Of a DNA stretch of 64,000 nucleotides, positions 1-13,526 are shown piece after piece. Both the position numbers and the translations under genes were made by a program. Under the pieces are notes generated by a model. That model was not told the origin of the DNA and did not search any database. It saw only the letters and a list, made by a program, of their open reading frames with translations. Location: NCBI RefSeq assembly GCF_009914755.1, contig NC_060929.1. One strand, 5' to 3'. How positions within the stretch are numbered: the first letter of the stretch is position 1; every line of letters starts with the position of its first letter. This DNA is from the human T2T-CHM13v2.0 reference genome, Homo sapiens.

Positions 1-702
1 CCGGCCTTTTAGTAATGCAAGGAGCAGAGCCTACATCTGGATAGGTACAAATATTTTAAGTTATTCGCTTTTAAAATAAACATTTGACTGACAGCTCAAA
101 TTAGATCGCATGTATGCGTTAAACTCTCCTTTAATGCTGACATAAATTTTTAGGCTGCTGTTTGACTAGAGTCACAGATTCCCACAGTTTTTTTTTTCCT
201 TTGGATTCAAGAGATCTTTTAGGGTCTACAAAGATGTCTTTCTCTGTATAAAATCAGGAATACCAACGATCTCATCCTTAGACTGAAAGAATGGCTCCTG
301 CTCAGTAATTAACGGAACTCTGAATTAGAAACTAGATTCTCCAAGGGGTGCTATTTTCTATTAACAAGGCAAAATGTCAAAGTGAGAGGTAAAACTGTAT
401 TTTCTCAGAACCCAAATATATTACCCCTCATATCCCTATCATAATCAAGGAAAAGAAAATTCTTTTTACTTTTGTATGCTTTAAGATTTTTTTTCCTTCA
501 CCTTCTAGGTGCTCTCTTTCATGTATTTATTGTTTCATCTAACAAGTAAAAAAGAGAAAGAGAGAGAAAATATGTGTACGTGTGTGAGAGAGGGAGGGCA
601 AGGGGACGAATAGAGAGACACACCAAGATAGAAGGGGAGTGTCATGGGAGAGACATGCAAAATTGAAAACTATTTCTTAAGGCTAGTTTTACACATTGCT
701 TT

Positions 703-828
703 TTTTTTTTTTTAGATGAGGTCTCACTATGTTGCCCAAGCTGCTCTCAAACTCCTGGCCTCAAGCAATTCTCCTACCTCTGCCTCCCGAGTAGCTGGGA
801 TTACAGACGTGAGCCAGTACACCCGGCC
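703..828 (-). mobile_element. FLAM (free left Alu monomer)
   Basis: Poly(T) followed by reverse-complement monomer ending CCCGGCC. TSD ACATTGCTTT at 693-702 and 829-838. Confidence 0.9.
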
Positions 829-2007
829 ACATTGCTTTCTTGCGTTAAATTGCTCTTGCCACTCCTGGATAGTAATTCCTTTAAAACAAGGATAGTTTGG
901 ATTTCTATGCTGGATATACGGTTTACTTTCAGTCTTTTATATTTGTATTTCTAAATTATACCTCTCATCACAACCACCGCAGAATACAGTCTATTATTCT
1001 ATTTATGGAATAGTGAACAACGATCCACTTCTGCCTAGATCACCTGTGTTTTAACAAAAGTCTTTCTGGAGCGGAGTGAAATCACCTCATCTGATTTCAA
1101 AATTTTCTCCTATTTTCTTTTCTTCTTCTCAGCATCACATTAGGATCCTCCATTTTGTCCCTCTCATTGGCAAAGCACAGTGTGGCTTGGAATGAGGGGA
1201 CTGTGTGGTTGCCAGGGTGACCCCAAGGACTAGTTTTAGCACATACGGTTCTGCAAATGGAAGTTCCTCAGTCAGACCTAATGGCAGGAAAGAAGATTTG
1301 CAAACTCGCCCAGGGCAAAGCTGGTATAAAGTTTCAGATAAATGTTCAGAATTAACCACCTCCTGTTACTCCTACAAAAATAACACCATGAAAAGAATTT
1401 TCCATTTTTTATTATCTTGCTGAGTGATCTTTTTTCTCTCTATAAAGAAGAAAAAAACATACTCATAGTTATAGGAGAAAGAATGTTTTTTGCTTTGAGG
1501 GGCATTGATAACAGAGTTGATGAATATATGCAGAAGACTATGTAAATGTTTAACTGCAAGAGGGTTTAAAAGTCCTCATTTTAATTAGGGAAGGATCAGG
1601 AAACAGCAACAAGTTAGCCGGAGGCTGGAGAGTTGCCACTTTACATCACTTGGTCAAAGACTAACAGGCAATATCTTCTGTTAATATTTTGACTGTTTCT
1701 ATAACTTTATGTATGTTTCCACAGAAACCGTATTTTTACGTCTCCACTGGGACAGTCGCTGGGTAGAAATGCTACAGCAAAACTGAACATGGAGTGGACA
1801 GTCTGGGTCCCATGTTCCCCTTGAAGAACTACATTTTGCTTTGTGCTTTTTCTAGATTTTATGCAAATTTGTCCTGATTCTGTATTTCGCTAAAGCAGAA
1901 GCCAAAAAAAAGTGTTTACCAATTAGGATATATTGGACGGTTTTCACATTTTCATATTTGACAAGTAGTATTTCAGCTTAAACTGCATGCGTCTTTTAAT
2001 ATTACAG

Positions 2008-2034
2008 GATTTGAGTTACTTCAGTGATTCCAGC
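2008..2034 (+). other. Candidate 27-nt cassette microexon (phase-0 reading DLSYFSDSS)
   Basis: Acceptor tcttttaatattacAG, donor agc|GTAAGT. TGCATG at 1984-1989 and 2090-2095. Motif-based only. Confidence 0.35.
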
Positions 2035-4011
2035 GTAAGTAATGCTCCTGCTTTAAAAAAATGTGAAACAGCCTAATCAATTAAATCATTGCATGTTTTT
2101 AAACTCAAAAAAAGTTTAACATGCCAAGATTGTCAAAAACCAATATGTTCAATTGTTATCTAATGTCATAAGCATTTTATGCTAAATATAAATTATCGAA
2201 CTTGTTTTTTCAAGTTATTACTAGTCATTATTTCTAATTGATAGCTATCCTTAATATTAAATAAAAGAGATGCTTCAATTTACCAGTAATGTGAGGTGTA
2301 ATAATTTGCTTAGTAGATACATATTTTCAAGGTCAACTTGATAAACCACTATCAAAGCCATAAAAATTATTAAGACATTAGGATGTTTGGGAAAAAAAAT
2401 ACCCTGTGGAACTCCCCAGTCATAATATCCAAACACAAAAATAATTGATTCCAAGCCTATAGCTACTTCAAGGAGTCCAATGTTCCTGGTATTATATCAA
2501 GAATTTTCCTATTGACATTCAGTACAACTGTCATATTGTGTTTGGAAAAAACTAAAACATAAAAAATAGCATTAAAAAGTAGAGTAAAAATCATTTGACA
2601 GATGTTCCTAGTTTTGGTTTGGACAGTTGGCATTAAACATTCATAATCTATCTCGTCTTGTTTGACAAATATCAGGATATGTTTCTTTAAACACCAAACT
2701 CTAGTATTTAGGGATTTTTAGAAGTGTGACTAGATCTTTTAGTTCCCATCAGACTAGAAACACACTTGTTCATTCTGTCCATTTCAGAGGCAAAGTAATG
2801 ACAGATATCAGATTTACCATCAGGTTTATCCCCACAAATATCAGTCATGTCATTGTCTTCTTAGCAATATACTTCCCCATGGACTGTACTGTCTACACAT
2901 GGGTATCTTGGTTAGTAGAAACTACCGACACTTCCCCTCCAGAAAACTCCCCAGATAAGTGCTTCTCAAGTTAACCCTCCAGGATCACTCTAGATGTCAA
3001 TATTATACATATGTTTTAATATCTATGTTTCAATTTATTGAAATTATCTTCCAGAGATGCCAGGTACACTTGGTTGTTTCTCTTCCAAATTGATCACATT
3101 TTAGTGTTTCTTCTGAATATTTCTGATGTCTCCCAAAAATCCACTTCTGGGCAAGTAACTCCTCAATAGCCTATTTCTAATGCCACTTAAAGCTTTCCTT
3201 ATTTATCAAGGTTACAGAGTGCAAAGAAAAGTATTCAATTACCTGCATTAATTTGATGTAGGTGGTATAGATAGTTAACCAGATTTGCTTAAACTTCAAA
3301 GTGATTTTTATATCAACCATCTCACTCGTCCAATCATACTGCCAGGATTTAAATATTTTTTATCAATAATAATTATATCTCACAGGGTTTTCTGTGAGGA
3401 AGCACTAATAAGTGAAAGATCTGGCCCTTGGAGAACATATAAATGGTATGTATATATAGATCAAAATAGCATATAATTATTTTGCACAAATCTCAATTAT
3501 CTGGCCTCTACAATTAATTTTCAAAAATAATTATTAGTGGTTCTATAAGAATAATGGCTAAATCCCTTAATATACTACTATTCTGACCTATTCATTTGGA
3601 ATTCTTAAAGTTTTTAAAAATTATTTCCTTACTCACTCATGGAAAATTGCTATTCTCAGAATACCTTCACTACTTCCAAGTTGACTACATTCCTATTCTT
3701 TATGTTTTTTGTTGTTAGAGACAAAAATTTGTTTGAAGAGTTCAGTTTCATTCATTTGGTGCCCTTCATTTACAAGTGGATGTGTTTTTCTTCATAGCAT
3801 CCCTTTTAAATTGATTGTCTAAATCTATCCTTTCCCCCTAGCCCTTTTCCTAGAAGCCACTCCTATTTTCCTACGCCTTTACCTATATGTCTTAGACACA
3901 TATATGATTACATTTTTATCCTTTACACTTCTAGTATACTTTTTCCTTAGAAGTAGTTATATAAGCTTTCTTTTATGAGAACATATTGAATGTTTTATTT
4001 TTGTAGTATAA

Positions 4012-4152
4012 AAAGGAGATCTATAGATGGGCGTCAAGAGGTCTAGAAACCCTCTGAACGTTTATGAAAAACCTGTATATGTGCATTTGTGGAGAAAGTC
4101 CACCGCTTCCAAAAATTCTCAGAGGGTTTGGAAGACAAAAGAACACACACTT
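4012..4152 (+). mobile_element. Ancient hAT-Charlie non-autonomous DNA transposon (Charlie4z-like)
   Basis: Degenerate match to recalled consensus (gtgcattt..ggagaaagtcca..gcttcca..aattctcagaggg). Boundaries approximate. Confidence 0.45.
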
Positions 4153-4230
4153 CTAGTGCGGACAGTGCTCAGCACACCAGCACCCCACGTTCACACGGCC
4201 CACACAGCTCCACCGGCCCTGGCTCGTCTG

Positions 4231-4249
4231 CTATCTCCAGGTGGCAGCT
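4231..4249 (+). promoter_or_regulatory. Candidate CTCF core motif
   Basis: TCTCCAGGTGGCAGC (4234-4248) matches CCACCAGGTGGCAGC at 13/15, within a GC/CpG-retaining patch. Confidence 0.45.
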
Positions 4250-4829
4250 CCATTTCCCTCAACTAAGAACAGGGATGAGATTGACCCAGAAAGATGCCTT
4301 CTGTCATACAAATGTTGAGGTTTAACAAGTTACTGGTTCCCAAGTGTATCTAGTTCACCCAACTTTTCACGGGCTTTTCATGAACCAGGACCAGCCCCAC
4401 TTTTGCAGCCAGGGCAAAGGGAGATGGTTTTTTGGAATTCCAAACTAGAACACAAATGAGACTTCTCATTCTAAAAATTGCAAGGAAGTTATGTGGAATC
4501 TTTTTTATTCTGTGCTCCATTGTATTGTGGCCTAAACAGGCTATTGCCGACTGGCCTAAGACAGTTATTTTCAAGGAAAATGCACTACAAGTTCCAACCT
4601 GATTTCCAGTTGGGCCTTGCCAATATAGGTCATTCTAAGACAAGGCAAAAAAAAAAAAAAAATTTTATTTTGTTGCTTTTTAGTCTTTCCTCTGAAAGAT
4701 CATCATTGAGTTACTCCAGCTCTGTAACTCTAGGCAAACCTTTCTTCTTCTTTCCAGCCTTACATAGCCAACTCTATAGCCTAACCCGATCCGAACACCC
4801 ACAGACATTCCTTCTTCTGCCCTATCTCC

Positions 4830-4930
4830 CTGCCTAGCCCCACTCTGCAAGGATAGGGACTCCTCCGTCTAACATTGTGCCTAGTCTAGACTAGAGCTCT
4901 ATAAATGTTTGCTGAGCACATAAATAAATG
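4830..4930 (+). mobile_element. L2 3' end fragment
   Basis: ctaacattgtgcctag...ataaatgtttgctga...taaataaatg resembles the L2 terminus. Confidence 0.45.
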
Positions 4931-7900
4931 TAACTAATTTTAAACTCAGTTTTTCATTTAGCCATTGTGTATTATGAGGTTTTATTTTTACATATGTAAC
5001 CTGAATTGTTGATAAAATAGGACATACAAACACAGTGTTTAGGACACTATTCGATTTCTCATTCTGTTAATGGATTTTTATACTTTGGTAACACAGTTTT
5101 TTATTGAATCCGTACATGATGAACAGAAAATATTAATATGACCATAAATTTCATAGCTTGGGTCTACTTTATCTACTAGGATGTTAAAAGTGGACCATTT
5201 CTGTCTTCATTTCTGGGACGGAGCCTCTAAGAGAGAGAATATTGATGAAAGATATCCCCCTTTCTAAAGTGAAGTATTGTACCACTTATGCATGACATAC
5301 AAAAAGAAGGGGTTAAAGTCAGTTTTGTGACCCTTAGGCCAAAACCCACGGAGGGTATAAAAAGTTTGAGATTGAAAGGCCATTCAAGATAATGTCCTTG
5401 GAGAAAGGTATTGGAGTGCTATGGCATTTCTCTCCTGCTACCTACAGGGAAAGGGAGGAGGCTGCTTTCTCCTTGTGTCAAGTCAGGTGGGAGGAGCTGG
5501 TGTGTCTTCCCTGGGGTTCAGGGACCCAGTGAACTGGTAATTAAATCACACAGAAAAAACAGACAAGGGAGAAACGGCTAAGTGCCTGATGGCAGCTTAG
5601 AAAGAAAGTTGTATTGAGGTAAATTGTAGTAGCAACCATGACAGTAGAGACAAGAATATATAAGCATTTCTCAGGAACCAGCTGTTGGCCATGCAGGACA
5701 GAAGCAGCCTGGAGCCATTTAGATTTTGGCTGAGAGAACTGCATGGAAGGGATGAGGGGATGGTCTACTGCATGCCCTGAGGCTGAAGGTAAAAATTAAA
5801 ACAGCCAGATGGAAGATGGAGAACATATTGCTTTTGTCATAGGAAGATTACACAAGTGGACCCAATGGGACAAGCTTCATAGACCCATTAAAGTATCCCT
5901 TCTCTTTTCAGAGTCAACCTTGAACAACTGCCAAAACCAGAGAATCCAATGCCAGATCACGGTATTTCTTGTGTGTCCCCTCTCTTCCTTCTTCCTTCCA
6001 ATCTTGGAAAACCCAGAGACAGCCAAATGGAGTAAACAGGGGGGAAGAAATGAAATATGAGAACATAAATCCATTCTCCACACCTGCCTGCCACTGCAGA
6101 TTCCAGCCAGAACAGGCCAAGCCAGAGGAGAGGAGAAGCCTTAATTTGATATGAAGTGTAAAGTTTTACTATTACATAGGACTTAAAATGAGAATTTGTT
6201 TTATGACTAGACGGACTAGAAGGCTTTTGATTTTCTTAGAGTGACTGGAAGAGTCATGGAACTTGCCGAATATTACCTCCAAAGGTTGGAGAAGATCTAC
6301 CCTCATCTACCAAGAGCAGGTTTGAATGAGCAAAGGGACCGGAGAGCACTTTCCAGCTTCAGCCTCATCCTGTGGGTTTCTGTGACTTCGACAGATACGC
6401 AGTCACCTCCATAATCCAAAATTATTCTTCAAAGTTGTAGTCATCAGTAATTTGGTAATTGTCAGGATGCTTGAAATGTTTTCTCAGAAAAAAATGGTGG
6501 TTCACACTCACATTACCCAAGCTTTCACTGCCAAACTACATCTTACAGTTATGGAGCCAAAACCATTGATGACATTATTATTATCCAGAAAAATATTTTT
6601 CTTAAAAACCATTTTTGCAATAATACAAATAAATGCCACCCAAAGATATTTTAATATGTGGCTATGTGGAAAAGGTCTCATTTAACTTTTTTATTTTATA
6701 AGTTGCATTAAATTCACCAGCGGGCACAGAAACAAATCTATATTTTAAATGATCTTCCATAAGCAGATCTATAATTCCATAAGGTAAAATAGATTCTCAA
6801 CATATTGTAAATGAACAAATAATAAGCATTTTTAGATGAGAATAACAGTGTGTCTATAAATCTTATCTAGCTCATGCTGAAAATATAAACTGCCCCTAAA
6901 GAGTTAATTCAAAAATGGCATATAAGAAGACTTATTTTCTCTCCAGTGACTAAACTTAGTCTCACCATCCACCTGGTTGGTCTTATCCTCCAAGGTGGGA
7001 AACAGACAGCCAGATGTAAAATCTGGGAAATTTTCCAAATTCAAACTAAAAAAAATTGGGTGCTGAATACAAAGCACCCTTCTATTTGCAATAGCGTTTC
7101 CAAATAACATTCCTGGCATCAAATGTGTCTACATGACAAAACCCAGGTAGGTCAAAAAGGAAAAACTGTGTTGATTTGGTTAGCCTGTAGATTGCCTTTT
7201 GAGTCACACTACACTGCTCATTTGCTATTCCCAATTTCTGCATACCCTGACACCTCTGTGTGTTGATCCTGATGGAGCCTTTGTTTTTGCTGATAGATTA
7301 GGCCATCAGAAGCTCTTCCATCTCTTTAAAGTTATGAGAATATTTAAATTTCTGCAGATGAGGTGAATAGGAATATATGCCATGTTGAGAAAACAACCAT
7401 TAGGAATGAGTGGAAAACAGACTCAGTGGGAATGTGTCCTGCACGGCTGTCCACTAAGACCTTGGGATGTGTGGCTGCCTCACTGCTTGTTTGAATTTTC
7501 CTTTGGCTCTGTTTCTTCAGGCTGCTGCCACACGTTACCCTCCCGATTACTTTTGCTCAAATACCTCATCTCAGTACCACCGTCTGTCAACTGTACTCCT
7601 TCTAGGTTTATGCCAGCACAGTTAATGCCACCCAGAAACTCCTCATACTTAGATCTCCTTTGCTCTCATTAAAACATCTAAGGGATTCTCAGCTTTGGTA
7701 TGCTTTGGGTTTCTCTTTTAGGCACTGTAACAGCCTCTTGTACAGTGACAATATGCCCTCCACTTTTATATTTACTTATAACCCTAGATGATAGACTCCT
7801 GTTGGGGAATCATATCCATGTATATCCTTGAATTCTTCACTTGCACAAACACACATAGACATTCATATATACTCTTTTCACAGGTGCACTGGAATCAATT

Positions 7901-10479
7901 TGAGCACCATCCCAAATTTGCCTTCTCCCTTCAGCCACCATCCCCCAACTCTGGCTTCTGCTGCTTCTCTTGCTTTCTGCTAGGAGCTGCTTTGGCAAAG
8001 GCATAGGCTGTTCCCGCAGTGCTAAAGCCAAAAAAAACTCCATGCATTTCACCAATTGACAGGAGAGACCTTAGTTTTTCCAGCAGCTGTCCAGAAGGGC
8101 CAGATAACACAACCCAGAATTTACCTGGAGTCAATTCTTTTGATTTAGGCCAATAAAATACAGAAGGGAAATAACTAGCAGATGAATACTCATATCTCTG
8201 CAGTAGACTCTTCCAAGATGCAATGCTCTGAAGAGCCTCTCTGGAGACCTGACAACCAGATCTGTTTTGTTTGCTGCCGTTCCACAATGGACCATGTTGG
8301 GTTTGCTCTTTTCCTGCCTGCCTGCCTTCCATTTTTCCCACTCTTGCTTTCCTGAGATTACACTTTGCAATAAACCACTGGTAGTTACCTTTTGTTTTCT
8401 AAGAGATCTATGTAAAGAGAGTGGAAGAGAAGCTTTTTCATCCTTTCAATTCAGGAAAAATATGGCTTTCAAAATTCCTCTACTATAACTACTTATTCAG
8501 TCCTTGGATGTTTTCCCTTTGTCATAGGTCACTTATTTGGACTTAGCTGACTATATCATAAAGCCTTCTTCCCTCTCATTTAAGTAACAAAGATCTCACA
8601 GAGACCTAAAAAAGGTTAGTGAGCTCCTTAAGAGCTTAATTATGCTGTGCTTTTGGTGGGTGTACTGAAAAACTGGTTTTTTTGGTCTGATTTACTAAAG
8701 TTTTTTCTAACTACATGAATGCAATGAGTAAGGTGACTCCCTATTCTTGTTGTGTCATAGATATGAGCAAAGGTGAATCATGAGATATTTATATAAATTT
8801 TACGTAAATGTACTGGTTTATCCCAGTTTACCAACATAGACACAGTTCTGTTCCTTTTAACCGGTTAAGACTGTTGGCAAGAGTAGGGGAAGAAAATCTA
8901 TGACTGGGTTTGAATGTTTTTTATTATATCAGACAGCGTTTACCCTAATGTTTAATGTCTCCATTTTAACTGCTAAATGAATGGAAATTTTATCTTTTTA
9001 TGTGGTTCACTTCATTTATAAATGTGTGCCCTGAAGATCTCAAGATCTCAACATCATATTTTATCAATGTAGTATATATTTTTAATCATCAATAATTATT
9101 TGTCCAAGCTGAGTTAATATCCTTGATTCTGACTAAATGAGGAAGTTGGTAGGAGGGGTCAAGAGGAGGTTCTTTGGAAATAATCAGAATCAGATCAAGA
9201 CTGAATTTGCTAAAGCTGATGTCACTTCATACTGTCAGATATATGTGCATGAGGACCGAACTGGACATTTCTCCTTTTTATGTTGTATTGAGTTGTTCTT
9301 TAAATTACAGAATTAAATGCTCAAAGATGAAAACTTTTGAGTTACAGTGTCCCTGAATCAAATGCTGTAAAGATAAAGTAGCTTTGCTGTTATGTCTGTC
9401 AAAGCCTTCTAGCTATACTTCACATTTGGCGCTTTTATATTTGTTCTTCTATTTCTATTTTGTTAAATAAAATGTTGGAACATATACCAAGAAACACAGA
9501 TTGTCCATAGCAGCATGAGACTTGGGCTGTGGTTGGAAATAATTTAAATTAAACATTACATGAACACTGAAGAAGTTTCCAACTTCCCAATTTAACTTGT
9601 GTATAAATTATACCCCCCTCAAAAAAATGCAATACAAGAATATTATACTGAGGCATCTAGGTATCTAAATATATGATTGCTAGATGGATGAATAGATAAA
9701 TAGATCAATCTATATTTGTGTAAAAATTATACTTAAAAATGAAAATTAAATATATTCTCATTTTAAACAAAAGATTACTAAGTCTCATGAGAATAAAATG
9801 CCAAACACGGAAAAGTCCCTAGAACATAAATCATGCTTGAAAAAAATTATCTTGCCTAAAATATAAATTATGCTGTAAAAAAATACCTAAATTATACATC
9901 CTCTGACCAGGTAAATAGGATTCAACGATCAGGATGTCAATAATCCTGCAAATGCTTTCCCAGTTGGGCAACTAGCAGTATTCCTTTTATTCCATAGTTC
10001 TGCAAAATGCTGTGTTGCTTATCAAGTTTTAAAATAACTGCTTCCGTGTCCACATTTTGGCAGCCACAAACTGTGGCGTGACTAGAACTTTGCTCATGTT
10101 ACTTTGGATTCACAGGCTGTATCTAAATGCAGCCTCTGAATTGGAGTGCTGCATGCTGAATCTAGCCAAGTTGGTTGCAGAGACCTTCATCAAATGTTAA
10201 GATATCAAAATGATGCAATTATTAAAGCCTTTTTAAATCTACAGGCCCAGGCATAGTCTAGGCCAAGTCCCAACATATGCTACAGAATAACAGAAGATAT
10301 GTGGAGGCTGATGTGACTCCTGGAGTTAATAACAGATAACCCTAATTGGAGGGTGGCAGGGAGTAGATGTTTTAAAAAACAGCCCTGACCTAATCACACA
10401 TAGGGTTACCAGAGAAGTTACCTAAAGATAATTATCTCTGGCCCATTTATAATCCTCTCTACAAAGGAAAAACACCAGA

Positions 10480-10925
10480 GAAAAAAATAGGTACACCAAT
10501 AGGACCATGTAATGAGTAATTTGTACCCATAAATTTGAAGACTAAGTGAAGAAATTTCTAGAAAACAATAACTTACCAAAACATGCTCAAGGTGTTTACA
10601 ACCCAAGTGGTATTGTAACCATAAAAGCCACTGAAGTAGAGTTTTAAATCTTCCCACAAAGAAAACAATGGGTCCAGATAATTTTACAGGCAATTTCTAC
10701 AAACCTTTTAGGGCACAACTAATTTCAGTCTTGTACAAACTCTTCCAGAGTATAAGAAATACAAGAAAGAGAGGACAGTAAATTTTATGTTATTTTATAA
10801 ATTCTCCATACAAAATCAAGGGTAATATGAGAAAGGAAAATTATAAACCAATCTCATTCATGTGCATAGATTCAAAAATCCCAAACAAAATGTTAGTAAA
10901 CTCAATTCAGCATTGTATACGAAAT
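10480..10925 (+). mobile_element. Old L1M ORF2 fragment
   Basis: L1 ORF2-like tracts cttcccacaaagaaaac..ggtccagat..aatttctacaaacc..acaaactcttccagag..aaaatcccaaacaaaat. Confidence 0.75.
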
Positions 10926-10952
10926 ACACTATCATTCAATATTCAGTGTCTA

Positions 10953-11740
10953 TCATTATGTTAAGTGAAAAAAGTCAGACACAGAAAGACAAATACTGCA
11001 TTATCTCACTCATGTAGAATGTAATGAAACTGATCTCATAGAAGTGGAGAGTTGATTATTAGTTACTAAAGCCTAGGAAGTGTTGTGGGGAGGGAGAAAC
11101 GGAGATAGGTTGGTCAACAGTTACAAAGTTATAGTTAGATAGGAGGAATAAGTTCTAGTATTCCATGGCAAGCAAGGTGACTATAGTTCACAAGAACACA
11201 TGGGATGTTTCAAAATACAGTCATGCATCTCTTAAAGATGAGGATACATTCTGAGAAATGCACCGTAGGTGATTTTGTCCTTGTGCCAACATCATAGAGT
11301 GTACTTACACAAATCTAGATGGTATATCTATTACACACCTAGGCTAGATGGTATAGCCTGTTGCTCCTAGGCTACAAACATGTACAGCATGTTAATGTAC
11401 TGAATACTTTAGGTAATTATAATGCATGGTAAGTATTTGTGTATCTAAACATATGAAAACATAGAAAAAGCACAGTAAAAATATAGTATGGGACAACCAT
11501 CATGCACGTGGTATAGTCATTGATTAAAATGTTGTTATGTAGCACAGGACTATAGCTAAAAGAGAGGGCTTTGAATGTTCTCACTAAGAAGAAATGATAA
11601 ATATTCGAGGTGATGGATATTCTAATTATCCTAATCTGATCATTATACATTGTATACATGTATCAAGGTATCATGCTATGTACCATGAATATGTACAATT
11701 ATTATATATCAATTAAAAATAAAATAAAACTTTTAAAAAA
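10953..11740 (+). mobile_element. L1MA (MA5-7-like) 3' end, interrupted by Tigger3a
   Basis: L1MA 3'UTR (agttagataggaggaataagttctag; gaggtgatggatat..; aatatgtacaattattat) with A-rich tail. Confidence 0.85.
11218..11552 (+). mobile_element. Tigger3a/MER7-type TcMar DNA transposon
   Basis: Starts CAGTCATGC, ends gcacaggacta. TA TSD both sides. L1 sequence (tttcaaaaTA|gctaaaagagagg) rejoins across it. Confidence 0.9.
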
Positions 11741-11756
11741 GAATTCAAAGTTGAGT

Positions 11757-12110
11757 CTTGTGGTTTCAGCTCTGACACATGAGGAGCTTAAAGTTGTTGC
11801 TCCCACTCTCACAAGGAAAAGCCGGACAAAATGAAAAATCAAAAACTTTTCTTAAATCTATCAGATAAAAGAAGTTGCAAAGGCAAACTGCGACCCCAAA
11901 ATCTGGAGAGAGGCATATCCAGAAACATACTGCAACCAGTATCTACAAGATCTGCTTAACTAGAGCAGAAGTTGCTGAAGCCATAACCTACAAGAACAAT
12001 TAAATTGTAATTCTGACAATTGCTGAAGACTAAGGATAAACTAAAATAGGAGTGAGAAACCCCTGGGACCCCAGATTTTTCTGGGCTTTCCCTTCAGGAA
12101 AATCATTACC
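11757..12110 (+). mobile_element. Old L1 (L1MC/MD-like) 5' UTR fragment
   Basis: gaaaaatcaaaaacttttctt..atcaga..ggcaaactgc..ccccaaatctggagaga resembles L1MC/MD 5' ends. Confidence 0.5.
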
Positions 12111-13526
12111 TCAGTAACCTGGAAAAGTTTATCTATTCCTAGAGATACATGAAGAGATTTAACTCAATAACTATCATAGAGAGCATGACAAAGCTGCCAA
12201 TGTTTCAAAAATGAGTTTTTATATAAAACAATCACAGAACTGATATTGTAGGATTTTTGGTTTTCTTGCTTTGACTTTTTCTATGTCTATAAAAAGCAAC
12301 ATGTTTTTAAATGTCATAGGTTATTTCCTTGGCACCTTTTGACATCAGCCATTGTCTCTTCTAATTCCCTATGTTCTATCTGTTTTCAAAATTTGCACTT
12401 ATCATTTATCTCTCTATTGTTTTCTCTGAAATGTGTAATAAGATGTATAGTCTCCAAAACCAGATGAGTCAAAAGATGTCCCTCTATCATTAAACACAGT
12501 GCATTGCACTCTATTTTTCTTTAGTTATGGGGTATTCTATAAGAAAATGCTTAAATCAATTATGCTTCATTATATACACTAAAAACAGCTTTCTCTTTTA
12601 AGCTGCTACACATTTTGATGATAAGATGTTGGTTTTTTACTAGTATTATTCTTGAACACACATCTCTGAATGAAACCGTGAATTTTACCTTTTTTACTTT
12701 TCTCAATTGGTTCCCCAAATATAACAAACTCAGTTAATTTCTAGTTGCTAGAAGGTCTGGAACTTGGGAAACCAAGTGCTGCTATTTCATTTCTTGTGCT
12801 TCTCTGAAAAGCCTAAGGTTTAAAAATATAATAACAACCTTGGCTAATGGAAGCTGTCCTTTGACTCAAACATCTATTTCAGCACTTAAGATTAACAGGC
12901 ATCATATTTATATACTTAGGATGTACACTCCTAAATTAGGAATAAACTATACCCTATGGTGTGGATTCAAATTAGATATTCAAATTAGTAGTTTTATAGT
13001 TTTGCATACTTTACCATGTATAATTTTAAGTGACATAAATATGCTTAAATGGTTGTGTTTGAAGGTTAAGCTACCACATTAAAATTTCTTTATTTTTCAT
13101 GTTCTTATAGTAATCAACTGATTCTAATTTTACTCGGTATATTAACCTAAAAACATTCTGATTTTTCTTTGCCTTAATATTTTAGTGATTCTTACCCCCA
13201 CGATGCTTTTATAAATGGGTATACACAAAGGTCACACCATTTTTTGGAGGGCTTGTGATTTATTTTTAAAATAGAGAACAACTATACAGGAGGATAAAAA
13301 AGGAAAAAGTTGGGATCAGGGAAACATCTTTAATTGTAACAACATGATCAGAGCTGTAATGCTGTCGCTTTGGGTTTCTAGCTATCACTACCTGTTTGTT
13401 CTTGTGGTCATGTTCTGATTTGTTCCCAGAACCTATTGTTGGAAAATTATCTATCCCTAAGGAGATTTGGATCTGAGAACTATGTCTCTGAACATTGATA
13501 ATCACCTCTGCTAATTATTAAGACAG

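Noticed and set aside
5417-6330. Possible very old LTR (Gypsy/ERVL-like)
   Set aside because: Only a general compositional resemblance; I could not fix termini, TSD or family.
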